Assembly: GCA_028707495.1 (NCBI GenBank)
Contig: JAQWAS010000005.1
Coordinates: forward strand, 1,065 to 65,064
Length of the DNA: 64,000 bases
Direction of reading: 5' to 3'
Source: Patescibacteria group bacterium
Lineage (GTDB): Bacteria; Patescibacteriota; Patescibacteriia; UBA2591; JAQWAS01
A program made the translations under genes and the position numbers. The notes below the pieces were generated by a model. That model was not told the DNA's origin, ran no database searches, and was given only the letters and a program-made list of their open reading frames with translations. The stretch's first letter is position 1, and every line of letters starts with the position of its first letter. Below are positions 29,882 to 39,081 of the stretch, in pieces.

Positions 29882-30160
29882 ATGACAAAAAAAACAAAAA
29901 AAACTTATGTTTCAGTAGCTGAATTAGCTAAAATCATAGGGATAAGCCGAATTGCCGTTTTTAAACGAATCAAAAAAGAACAAATTCCCGCTGAAAAAAT
30001 TGGACATTCTTATGTGATTTCTATGGATTATATTGACGAAATTACCAAAGGAAATCACGCAAGAGCTTTAACAGAAAAAGAAAAAAGAGAAATTCAAGAA
30101 GCTGTCGAAAGGGTTATAAATGAATATAGCAAAACGCTTCAATTGTTAGGTAAAGAATAA
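29882..30160 (+). CDS. Excisionase/MerR-like HTH protein, probable antitoxin or regulator
   Basis: YVSVAELAKIIGISRIAVFKRIK..IPAEKIG. Confidence 0.8.
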   Translation: MTKKTKKTYVSVAELAKIIGISRIAVFKRIKKEQIPAEKIGHSYVISMDYIDEITKGNHARALTEKEKREIQEAVERVINEYSKTLQLLGKE

Positions 30161-30164
30161 TCCT

Positions 30165-30587
30165 ATGAGAATAGAACGACTAACTATAAAAGATATTGAA
30201 TATGTTGCCTATAGGTTGGCTCAAGAGACCATGGGGTGGTCTGAACCTATTCCTGATTTTAGTACACGTTTTACAAATGCTCTAGAACGATCTATTGAAA
30301 CACCTTTTCAGTCTTTTGATGGCAAACAATTATATCCTGGGCTTATAAAAAAGACCTCAATACTTTTTTATTTAATGATAAAAAATCATCCCTTTCAAAA
30401 CGGTAATAAACGAATTGCGATGACGACTTTATTTTATTTTTTGCATGTTAATAAAAAATGGCTAAGAGTTGATAATCAAGAACTTTATAACTTTGCTAAA
30501 TGGGTAGCTGAAAGCAATGCAAGGCTAAAAGATAACACCTTGGGTTCAATCGAAACCTTTCTTAAATTATATATAATTGATAGATAA
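30165..30587 (+). CDS. Fic/Doc-family protein
   Basis: HPFQNGNKR motif. Confidence 0.9.
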   Translation: MRIERLTIKDIEYVAYRLAQETMGWSEPIPDFSTRFTNALERSIETPFQSFDGKQLYPGLIKKTSILFYLMIKNHPFQNGNKRIAMTTLFYFLHVNKKWLRVDNQELYNFAKWVAESNARLKDNTLGSIETFLKLYIIDR

Positions 30588-30592
30588 ATAAT

Positions 30593-32974
30593 ATGAACGA
30601 AGCAGAAACAAGAGCCGAATATATTGACCCGAAGCTCAAAGCGAGCGGTTGGGGCGAGGTCGAAGGATCAAAAGTCCTACGCGAATTTCGTATTACTGAC
30701 GGCAAAATTCAAACAGGGGGAACCAGAAGCAAACCGGAGATTGCCGACTATATTTTGGTATATAAAAATCAAAAGATTAGTGTAATAGAAGCTAAAGCCG
30801 AGAATTTACCTGCTACCGAAGGAGTGGCACAAGCCAAAGCGTATGCCGAAAAGCTGCATATTGATTACACCTACGCCACCAACGGCAAAGAGATTTACGC
30901 CATTTCCATGAAAACCGGCGAGGAAGGCGAAATTGCCGATTTCCCAACCCCTGACGAACTTTGGAATAATACTTTTGCAGATTGGAGCGAATGGAAAGAA
31001 AAATTTGTGAGCGTCCCCAACGAAGGTGAATATGGCAAAAGATATTATCAGGAAATTGCTATCAATAATGTTTTAAATGCGGTGGCAGAAGAAAAAGACC
31101 GAATACTTTTGACCATGGCGACCGGAACAGGAAAAACCGCTGTGGCTTTTCAAATCGCTTGGAAACTTTTTCAAACTCGCTGGAATCTAAAAAGAGACGG
31201 CGCGCGAAGACCGCGCATTTTATTTTTGGCGGATAGAAACATTTTAGCCGATCAAGCGTTCAATGCTTTCTCCGCTTTTGATAAAGATGCGCTGGTACGA
31301 ATCAATCCTTTGGATATTCGCAAAAAAGGCGGAGTGCCGATGAGCGGAAGCGTTTATTTTACAATCTTTCAAACTTTTATGAGTGGTCCGGATGGAACGT
31401 CGTATTTTGGCGATTATCCGGCAGACTTTTTTGATTTTATTATTATTGACGAGTGTCATCGAGGCGGTGCGAATGATGAAAGCAACTGGCGCGGAATTTT
31501 AGATTATTTTTCTCCTGCCGTTCAACTTGGTCTAACCGCTACACCAAGACGACAAGATAATGCGGACACTTACCGCTATTTTGGCGAACCGGTTTATACT
31601 TATTCACTCAAAGAGGGCGTGAATGATGGATTTTTGACACCTTTTAAAGTCAAAAGAATCAAAACTACGCTGGACGATTATATTTATACTTCGGATGACC
31701 AGATTATTGAGGGTGAAGTGGAAGAAGGTAAAATCTATGAAGAGCCGGATTTTAACAAAATTATTGTTATTAAAGAACGCGAAGCCAAAAGAGTACGGGT
31801 TGTTTTGGATGAAATAAACCAGAATGAGAAGACAATCGTTTTTTGCGCTACGCAAGATCATGCTTTAGCTGTTCGTGATTTGGTAAATCAGATGAAAGAA
31901 AGCAAAGATCCAAATTATTGCGTCCGAGTAACCGCCAATGACGGCGCGCGCGGAGAACAATTTTTGCGTGAATTTCAAGATAACGAAAAAACAATTCCTA
32001 CGATTCTGACGACTTCACAAAAACTTTCTACCGGCGTGGACGCGCGAAATATCCGCAATATTGTTTTGATGAGACCAATTAATTCAATGATTGAGTTTAA
32101 ACAGATTATCGGTCGTGGAACTAGGCTTTTTGACGGCAAAGAATATTTTACAATTTATGATTTTGTTGATGCTTATAAGCATTTTTCCGATCCGGAATGG
32201 GATGGCGATCCGATAGAAGAAGTCTGCTCAAAATGTGGTCAAAATCCTTGTATTTGCGAATTAAAACCACCGCGCGTTTGTAATGTTTGCGGACAGAGCC
32301 CTTGTGTATGCGAAAAACCGCCCAAAATATGCCCTGTGTGCGGAAAAGAACCTTGCGAGTGTGAGAATCCACCAAAGAAAAAACTGAAAATAAAGTTGCG
32401 TGATGGAAAAGAGCGTGAAATTCAACACATGATTTCGACTTCGTTTTATAGTGCGGACGGAAAACCAATTTCTATTCAAGAGTTTATGGATAATATGTTT
32501 GGCGCTATGCCGGAATTTTTCAAGAGTGAAGAAGAACTCCGAAAGATTTGGTCAAATCCAACGACCAGAAAAGCATTTTTAGGTAGTATTGCGGAAAAAG
32601 GTTTTGGCAAAGACGAATTAGGAACACTGCAAAAGATGATTGATGCCGAGCAGAGTGATCTTTTTGATGTTTTGACCTATATATCATTTTTAACACAACC
32701 AATTTCTAGAACTCAAAGAGTAAAACAATCAAAAGACAAAATCTTTAAAGGACTAGATGAAAAACAAAAAGAGTTTTTAGATTTTGTATTGTCTAAATAC
32801 GAAGAAAAAGGAGTTGAAGAACTGGACGAAGAAAAATTACCGGTACTGCTTAATTTAAAATATCACGCAATCGCAAATGCAGAACAATCGCTTGGAAGTG
32901 TGGATAGTATTCGTTCAATATTCTTTGCTTTTCAGAAAAATCTGTATGCCAAGATAAATAAAATTAATACATAA
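30593..32974 (+). CDS. hsdR: Type I R-M restriction subunit (EcoAI/EcoEI-like)
   Basis: ADY...IEAK nuclease motif, ATGTGKT, DECHR, LTATP, QIIGRGTR. Confidence 0.95.
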   Translation: MNEAETRAEYIDPKLKASGWGEVEGSKVLREFRITDGKIQTGGTRSKPEIADYILVYKNQKISVIEAKAENLPATEGVAQAKAYAEKLHIDYTYATNGKEIYAISMKTGEEGEIADFPTPDELWNNTFADWSEWKEKFVSVPNEGEYGKRYYQEIAINNVLNAVAEEKDRILLTMATGTGKTAVAFQIAWKLFQTRWNLKRDGARRPRILFLADRNILADQAFNAFSAFDKDALVRINPLDIRKKGGVPMSGSVYFTIFQTFMSGPDGTSYFGDYPADFFDFIIIDECHRGGANDESNWRGILDYFSPAVQLGLTATPRRQDNADTYRYFGEPVYTYSLKEGVNDGFLTPFKVKRIKTTLDDYIYTSDDQIIEGEVEEGKIYEEPDFNKIIVIKEREAKRVRVVLDEINQNEKTIVFCATQDHALAVRDLVNQMKESKDPNYCVRVTANDGARGEQFLREFQDNEKTIPTILTTSQKLSTGVDARNIRNIVLMRPINSMIEFKQIIGRGTRLFDGKEYFTIYDFVDAYKHFSDPEWDGDPIEEVCSKCGQNPCICELKPPRVCNVCGQSPCVCEKPPKICPVCGKEPCECENPPKKKLKIKLRDGKEREIQHMISTSFYSADGKPISIQEFMDNMFGAMPEFFKSEEELRKIWSNPTTRKAFLGSIAEKGFGKDELGTLQKMIDAEQSDLFDVLTYISFLTQPISRTQRVKQSKDKIFKGLDEKQKEFLDFVLSKYEEKGVEELDEEKLPVLLNLKYHAIANAEQSLGSVDSIRSIFFAFQKNLYAKINKINT

Positions 32975-33181
32975 AGATAACTAAATTTCAATCAGATTAA
33001 TCTAAAAACTAAAAATAAATTTTTTAAAGAGGTATTAGGAAAAAAGTTTTAAAATATTTTTTTATCTCACAAAAAGCAACCTCTTATAGTGTCGTAATAA
33101 AATAAATTTAACGAATTAACATAAATTAATTGATTATTAAAATCTTGATATTAATAATTTATTAAATTAAAAATTAACCAC

Positions 33182-34105
33182 ATGAACCCAGAAATTAAAA
33201 GTGAATCAAAATTTAAAATAACTAAAGACAAATTAATAGCTAAGCATTTACCCACCTTGTCAAAAATCTTTCGTTTGCGTTTTATTAAAAAAATATTTAA
33301 ATTTGCCTTTTTCTTTTTGATAATTATAGCAGCCCTTTTCGTTGTTGATGATTATTTATATCAATATTATGATTGTTCTTTGTTTGATGGTTGTTATTAT
33401 GATGATTATTATAGCAACAGCGATAGTTCAGATTGTAATGTCTTGGGTATAGAATTATTTGGTGATTTGGTAACCTATGCCGAGGATTCTGAATTTAAAC
33501 AAACAGCTTCTGAGGATATAGTTTTTACTCTAGCTGAGGCTGAAAACGACAAGGCCACCAAAGCTGTGCTTTTGGAAATTGATTCTTACGGTGGTTATCC
33601 GGTTGCGGCTGAAGAGGTTGCCTTGGCTTTAAAGAGGCTGAATAAGCCGAGCGTGGCCTTGATTAGGGAAGGTGGAGTTTCGGCTGCATATTGGGCAGCG
33701 ACAGGAGCGGATGTTATTTTTGCTTCAAAAAATTCTGATGTGGGTGGAATCGGAGCGACCATGTCTTATTTGGATTATAGTTTACAGAATCAACGCGATG
33801 GTTTAACTTACAACTCTTTAAGCTCAGGTAAATTTAAGGATACCGGCAATCAAGATAAGCCGTTGTCTTTAGAAGAAAAAAATCTTTTAATGCGTGATGT
33901 AAATATTTTACATCAAAATTTTATTGAAACAATTGTTGAAAATAGAAATTTAGATCTTCAACAAGTCGAAAAGATAGCTGATGGTTCAACTATGTTAGGC
34001 CAAATGGCTCTAGAAAACAATTTAATTGATTATATTGGGGGAATAAATGAAGTAGAGGAATATTTTAAAGATTTGATTGGTGAGGATGTTTCTATCTGTT
34101 GGTAG
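33182..34105 (+). CDS. S49-family (SppA-like) peptidase
   Basis: IDSYGG, SAAYW, GGIG, SGKFKD. Confidence 0.85.
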   Translation: MNPEIKSESKFKITKDKLIAKHLPTLSKIFRLRFIKKIFKFAFFFLIIIAALFVVDDYLYQYYDCSLFDGCYYDDYYSNSDSSDCNVLGIELFGDLVTYAEDSEFKQTASEDIVFTLAEAENDKATKAVLLEIDSYGGYPVAAEEVALALKRLNKPSVALIREGGVSAAYWAATGADVIFASKNSDVGGIGATMSYLDYSLQNQRDGLTYNSLSSGKFKDTGNQDKPLSLEEKNLLMRDVNILHQNFIETIVENRNLDLQQVEKIADGSTMLGQMALENNLIDYIGGINEVEEYFKDLIGEDVSICW

Positions 34106-34130
34106 GTTTTAAATTAAACATATTTATCAT

Positions 34131-34166
34131 ATAAAAAAGCAACCTCGCACGAGGTCGCTTTTTTAT
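34131..34166. terminator. Bidirectional terminator between sppA-like and cold-shock genes
   Basis: ATAAAAAAGCAACCTC-gcac-GAGGTCGCTTTTTTAT. Confidence 0.7.
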
Positions 34167-34184
34167 TGTTAGGTTAAAAAACTC

Positions 34185-34382
34185 TTAAGCTTTTTTAACT
34201 TGAACAGCGGAATCTCCTTTGGGAGTGTTTTCAATTTCAAATGTGACTAAATCACCTTCGTGTAATTCTTCAAAGTCAACGCCTTCTAGGCTGTTAGCAT
34301 GAAAAAAAACATCTTTGTCATTGTCTTCACGTGAAATAAAGCCAAAGTTTTTGTCCGTTATTTTTTTTATAGTACCTTGCAT
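34185..34382 (-). CDS. Cold-shock domain protein
   Basis: KNFGFI and DVFFH RNP motifs. Confidence 0.95.
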   Translation of the reverse strand: MQGTIKKITDKNFGFISREDNDKDVFFHANSLEGVDFEELHEGDLVTFEIENTPKGDSAVQVKKA

Positions 34383-34721
34383 GTGAATGTAAAATAAGAT
34401 TAATTAGAATAAACATTAACGTAGAAATTCGACTTTATATCCACTTTTTAATATTTGTCTTCCTTGTTGTCCAAGGAGAAGTTTTTAAGCTTATGTTTAT
34501 TATATAGCTAAAAGATATTTTTGTCAAGGGGTGATGTTTTTTAAAATTATTTTTTGTTACATTTTTTATTTTAAAACGTATAATATTATATAACCATTTT
34601 AATTAGTCATGACTTTAGAATTAAGTTATAATAAAGAAAAGATGTTTAAATTTATACAAAAAGTTTGGTGGAAATTTAATCGACCATCAGATTCAAGATT
34701 AATTTTAAAATACGGTTTAAC

Positions 34722-35294
34722 ATGGAAAAATTATCAATCATACAATTAGTTAAAAAATGTCAGCAAGGCGAAGTGGATTATTTTACACAGCTTTATGATG
34801 AATATGTAGATAAAATTTATAAATTTATCTATTATAAAACTTGGCACCAGGAAACGGCAGAGGATTTAACTTCGGAAGTTTTTTTAAAAGCTTTAAAAAA
34901 TATTCAAAATTATAATGTTAATAAAGCACATTTTTCAACCTGGTTATATCAAATTGCTCGTTATAGTGTAATTGATTATTATCGACGATATAAAACAGAG
35001 ATTAATATTGAAGATATTTGGGATTTAGATGATGGTATTGATCTTGAACAAGACATTGTTAATCGCGAGTTATTAAATAAAATTAGAAACCTTTTAAAGA
35101 CGCTTAAGCCACAACAACGGGAAATAATTATTTTACGCGTGTGGCAGGGCTTAAACTATCAAGAGATTAGTCAAATTACGGGACAGACTTCAGCTAGTTT
35201 AAGAATGATGGTGGGGCGGGTTTTAAAATTAATTCGTCAGCAAGACTTTAATCTATTAGTTTTAATATGTTTAATTAAATTAATTAAAATATAA
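34722..35294 (+). CDS. ECF sigma factor
   Basis: AEDLTSEVF, FSTWLYQIAR, region 4 HTH. Confidence 0.9.
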   Translation: MEKLSIIQLVKKCQQGEVDYFTQLYDEYVDKIYKFIYYKTWHQETAEDLTSEVFLKALKNIQNYNVNKAHFSTWLYQIARYSVIDYYRRYKTEINIEDIWDLDDGIDLEQDIVNRELLNKIRNLLKTLKPQQREIIILRVWQGLNYQEISQITGQTSASLRMMVGRVLKLIRQQDFNLLVLICLIKLIKI

Positions 35295-35298
35295 TTAT

Positions 35299-36816
35299 AT
35301 GGAAAATAATGTACAACAAATTTTAAACGAAATATATCAATTAGATTCAAGTTTAAAAAAGCGCGAAACTGAATTAATTAAAATTATTCAAACCATGTTA
35401 GCACAACAGCCTCAATTTGAATTAGATCAAACTTTTGTTGCTAACTTGAGACAACAATTAGCATCTAAAACAGCGGCAACTTTAGCTAATGAAGTTAAAA
35501 AAAATACCTGGTTTGAGTGGTTAAAACCGGTGGCTGTCGTTGGGGCGAGTTTAGTGGTTTTATTAATAGTCGCTTGGCCGTGGTTGAAATTTAATAAACC
35601 ACAAGCTGATTCTAATTTAGCTTTAAATTTAAAAGTAGAAATTAATCAACTTCAACCAGGCGCTTTTGGTAATTTAGCTTCAAGTTTATTAAGTTCACAA
35701 GCTGATGATCAAGCCTTAAATGTTAGAGAAGTTAAGGGCTTGGGTGGTGGCGGAAATGTTACGACACCAGCCATGCCAGTTATTGATTCACAAGGAACAA
35801 AAGAGATGTCAATGATTTATCAACCAACAATTTTTGAATTTAATTATCTTGGTCAGGAATTAGAACAAACTCTTCAAAGTCTAGATGTTTTAAAAAGAGT
35901 TAAGGGTGGCCAAGCTGGTCAGCAATTGGGTCGAATTTTGCAGGGGTTAAATTTTGAGATGTTAAATTTAAAAGCTTTTACTAATTTAGAGATTACTAAT
36001 TTAAGTGCGGTAGAAAAAAAAGACAAAGGTTATAGTTTGGCGGTTAGCACAGAAGAAGGACGCATTTCACTTTATCAAAATTGGCAGACCTGGCCAACTT
36101 TAGAAATTGATTGTCGCGGAGATGATTGTAATCGAGAAATAAAAAATTTAGTCAAAAACTATTTAATTCAACCACAAGAATTAATTCATCTTAGCGATCA
36201 ATTTTTACAAGAACATGGTGTTGATTTAAGTTCTTATGGTCCGGGAGAAATACAACCTTTACCCTATTGGATTGAAACCGTTGATTATGTGAGTGATTAT
36301 TTGTCAGTGATTTACCCCCTACAAATCAATGGTTTAAATGTTTATGATCAACGTGGTTTTAAACAGGGCATTGAGGTAAGTTTAAATTTACGTCAACAAG
36401 CCGTTAGTAGTGTTAATAATTTAGAAACCCAAATTTATCAAAGCTCAAGTTATAATTTAGAAACAGACATACAACAAATTTTAAAATATGCCCAACAAGG
36501 TGGTGCTAATCCGATGTATAAAAATGAAGATTCGCAGATTGTTCAAATAAATATTGATACGCCGGAATTAGCTTATATAAAAATTTGGCGTTATGAAAAT
36601 AATCAATCCGACGAATTATTGGTGCCAGCCTGGGTTTTTCCAATCATTAACAAGCCCCAAAATGAGTATTTTTATCAGGAGAAAGTGGTGGTGCCCTTAG
36701 CTAAAGATTTTTGGCAACAAGAAGAGATTTATGGTCCAATTCGTTTAATGCAGGAGGGAGTAGAAATTGATGCTCCAGTGCCAGCTATTGATAAAAGTGA
36801 AGAGATTGGTTTGTAA
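35299..36816 (+). CDS. Single-TM protein, probable anti-sigma factor
   Basis: Coupled to the ECF gene; cytoplasmic N-terminus, TM, large extracellular domain. Confidence 0.6.
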   Translation: MENNVQQILNEIYQLDSSLKKRETELIKIIQTMLAQQPQFELDQTFVANLRQQLASKTAATLANEVKKNTWFEWLKPVAVVGASLVVLLIVAWPWLKFNKPQADSNLALNLKVEINQLQPGAFGNLASSLLSSQADDQALNVREVKGLGGGGNVTTPAMPVIDSQGTKEMSMIYQPTIFEFNYLGQELEQTLQSLDVLKRVKGGQAGQQLGRILQGLNFEMLNLKAFTNLEITNLSAVEKKDKGYSLAVSTEEGRISLYQNWQTWPTLEIDCRGDDCNREIKNLVKNYLIQPQELIHLSDQFLQEHGVDLSSYGPGEIQPLPYWIETVDYVSDYLSVIYPLQINGLNVYDQRGFKQGIEVSLNLRQQAVSSVNNLETQIYQSSSYNLETDIQQILKYAQQGGANPMYKNEDSQIVQINIDTPELAYIKIWRYENNQSDELLVPAWVFPIINKPQNEYFYQEKVVVPLAKDFWQQEEIYGPIRLMQEGVEIDAPVPAIDKSEEIGL

Positions 36817-36913
36817 AAATTAAATAATTAAAATAAAAAAAGTAGCTTGGAAAAACAGGCTACTTTTTTGTTTGAAAAATGGCTAGAACAAATTTATTGA
36901 GTTATAATATTTT

Positions 36914-38542
36914 ATGATGATAAAATTTTTATCTAAAATTAAAATAAGTTTTTTAGTTTATGGATTAATTATATTTTTAATTAGTTTGTCTTTGTTTTGG
37001 TGGTGGCAATTAATTTTTATTGTTCTGAGTTTATTATTAGGCTATTGGTTTTTTTATGGTCAGCCAAAAAATAAAATAAAATTTAAAAATATTTCTATAA
37101 CTTGGTTGATTTTGCCGTTAATGCTAATTTTAATTAGTCATTTTTTACCCTTTATTTTATATGGTCAACACCCGTTAGGCTATGATACTGGATTTTATAA
37201 TTATAATATTAATAAAGAGAGACAATTTCTATCGCAAAATCAAACCACGCCAATGATAATTAAGATAGATCAAAGTCAGTTAGTTAAGGATCATCAGGTT
37301 GGTTGGTTATCAAGATTAAAAAATTTAAGTTTCGATTTAACTTTAATTGAATCTTTGGGTTCTCGATGGTTAACTAGAGGTTTAATAAGGTTAGGCTGGA
37401 CCAATTGGATGATTTTATATTTGTTTCCAATTTTAATGTCAATTTTATTGGGTTGGTTGATTTATATTTTAGCCAAAAAACACTTTAATCAATCAACTGC
37501 TTGGTGGTCGATTTTATTTTATAGCTTATCCTTAACGCAATTTTTAATTTACTGGCATGTTTTTTGGAAAAATATTCTGGGCTTAGTGATTATTTTTGCT
37601 ATTTTAAATTTATTGTCTTTAAAAAATAAAACAGGTTTGGGCTTAGCTTTGTTTTTAATTTTGTTTTTATTATTTAGCCATAGAACTTCTTTCTTTTTAA
37701 TTATTTTAGTTTTAATTATTTATTTAATAGTTAGTGATTATAAATTTAAATATTATTTATTGGTTGGTTTAATTTTATTAAGTTTATTTTTTAGTTGGTT
37801 TAATAGAGGTTTAATAATTTATTTATGGCAACAAATTGCAAGCAATTTTGAGGCTTATTATGATTTTTTTGCTATTCGTCAAGGGAGCTTTATTGAATGG
37901 TCACAGTATTTAATTTATAGTTGTTTTTATCTGCCCTTAGCTGTTTTGGGTTTAATAGATTTAATTAAAAAGAAAAAAATTAATATAATTGTGATTTATA
38001 CTTTAATTTTGGGGGCTTTAGTTTTGGGTAAGTTTATTTTTTATACTCGGCTAATTGGTTTTTTAGATTTAGGTATAATTATTTTAGCCGGTTATGGTTT
38101 TAGTAATTTATTAATTAAAACAGATTATTTTAAAAAATTTGAATGGCTAGCTGGAGGCGTTTATTTTTTAATAGCAGTTTATTTTTTTACTTTAGTTACA
38201 GCTCAACAATCTTTAATTAGTCAGACAGAGTTGAAAAATATTCAACAAATGAGAAATTATTATCCCCAAGTTAAGATTTTTGTTCCTGATTCATATTATG
38301 CAAGTTGGTTATATGGGTTTTCCGACCATGAAATTATTGCCCCAGGGTTACAAGATAGGTGGAGTTTAGAAAAGTGGCAGATTTTTTGGCTGGCAGATAT
38401 AAATAAGCAAGTAGAAATGTTAAGTCAATATAAACAATTCCTCTTGATTTATAAAAGTCAAACATCTTTTATTGATCCAACCCTAGATAACCAGTGTTTT
38501 AAAAAAATAAACGAATATTTTTATTTATTTATTTGTTATTAG
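36914..38542 (+). CDS. Multi-pass membrane protein, GT-C glycosyltransferase-like
   Basis: PLGYDTG loop motif; many TMs. Confidence 0.6.
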   Translation: MMIKFLSKIKISFLVYGLIIFLISLSLFWWWQLIFIVLSLLLGYWFFYGQPKNKIKFKNISITWLILPLMLILISHFLPFILYGQHPLGYDTGFYNYNINKERQFLSQNQTTPMIIKIDQSQLVKDHQVGWLSRLKNLSFDLTLIESLGSRWLTRGLIRLGWTNWMILYLFPILMSILLGWLIYILAKKHFNQSTAWWSILFYSLSLTQFLIYWHVFWKNILGLVIIFAILNLLSLKNKTGLGLALFLILFLLFSHRTSFFLIILVLIIYLIVSDYKFKYYLLVGLILLSLFFSWFNRGLIIYLWQQIASNFEAYYDFFAIRQGSFIEWSQYLIYSCFYLPLAVLGLIDLIKKKKINIIVIYTLILGALVLGKFIFYTRLIGFLDLGIIILAGYGFSNLLIKTDYFKKFEWLAGGVYFLIAVYFFTLVTAQQSLISQTELKNIQQMRNYYPQVKIFVPDSYYASWLYGFSDHEIIAPGLQDRWSLEKWQIFWLADINKQVEMLSQYKQFLLIYKSQTSFIDPTLDNQCFKKINEYFYLFICY

Positions 38543-38601
38543 TTGAATAATTAATATAAAAAAAGAAGTTTTTTAAAAAACTTCTTTTTTTGATGGTAAA
38601 A

Positions 38602-39012
38602 TTAGCGGATAAGTTTTTTGACTAGTTGAGCGTCTTTCACAGTAATAAAATGGTCAGAATTCATATCATTTGCTTTAATAAAACATTCAGCTACGCAAGA
38701 TTTTTTAGCATTCACTTCCTTCTTTTTGGCAGAAGTCTGGTTTTTAATAAAAGTCTGAATAAGATTAAAATCTTCTTTGTCATATTTACCATTGCAATTA
38801 GCATCCCCTTTTAAGGGTGGTAAATTTATACAACTATAAGGTAAAGTATAACCATAAGAATAACCATAAAGACGATCTACTCTGGTATTTTTTATTTTAT
38901 TAGCCAAAAGAAGGCCAGCAGCGACAGAGCCAATAACCGCTAGGCTAACTAGGGCAACTGTTACTAATTTAGTTTTATTAGCATTTTTGATTTTGATTAA
39001 TGTTTCGTTCAT
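38602..39012 (-). CDS. Membrane-anchored dockerin-like protein
   Basis: KGDANCNGKYDKED ... DMNSDHFITVKD paired Ca-loops. Confidence 0.65.
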   Translation of the reverse strand: MNETLIKIKNANKTKLVTVALVSLAVIGSVAAGLLLANKIKNTRVDRLYGYSYGYTLPYSCINLPPLKGDANCNGKYDKEDFNLIQTFIKNQTSAKKKEVNAKKSCVAECFIKANDMNSDHFITVKDAQLVKKLIR

Positions 39013-39081
39013 GTGTTTAATTTTTTAAAGTTTTTTAATATTAATTTATATTAAGCTTTTTTATTTTTAATGTCAATTTTT

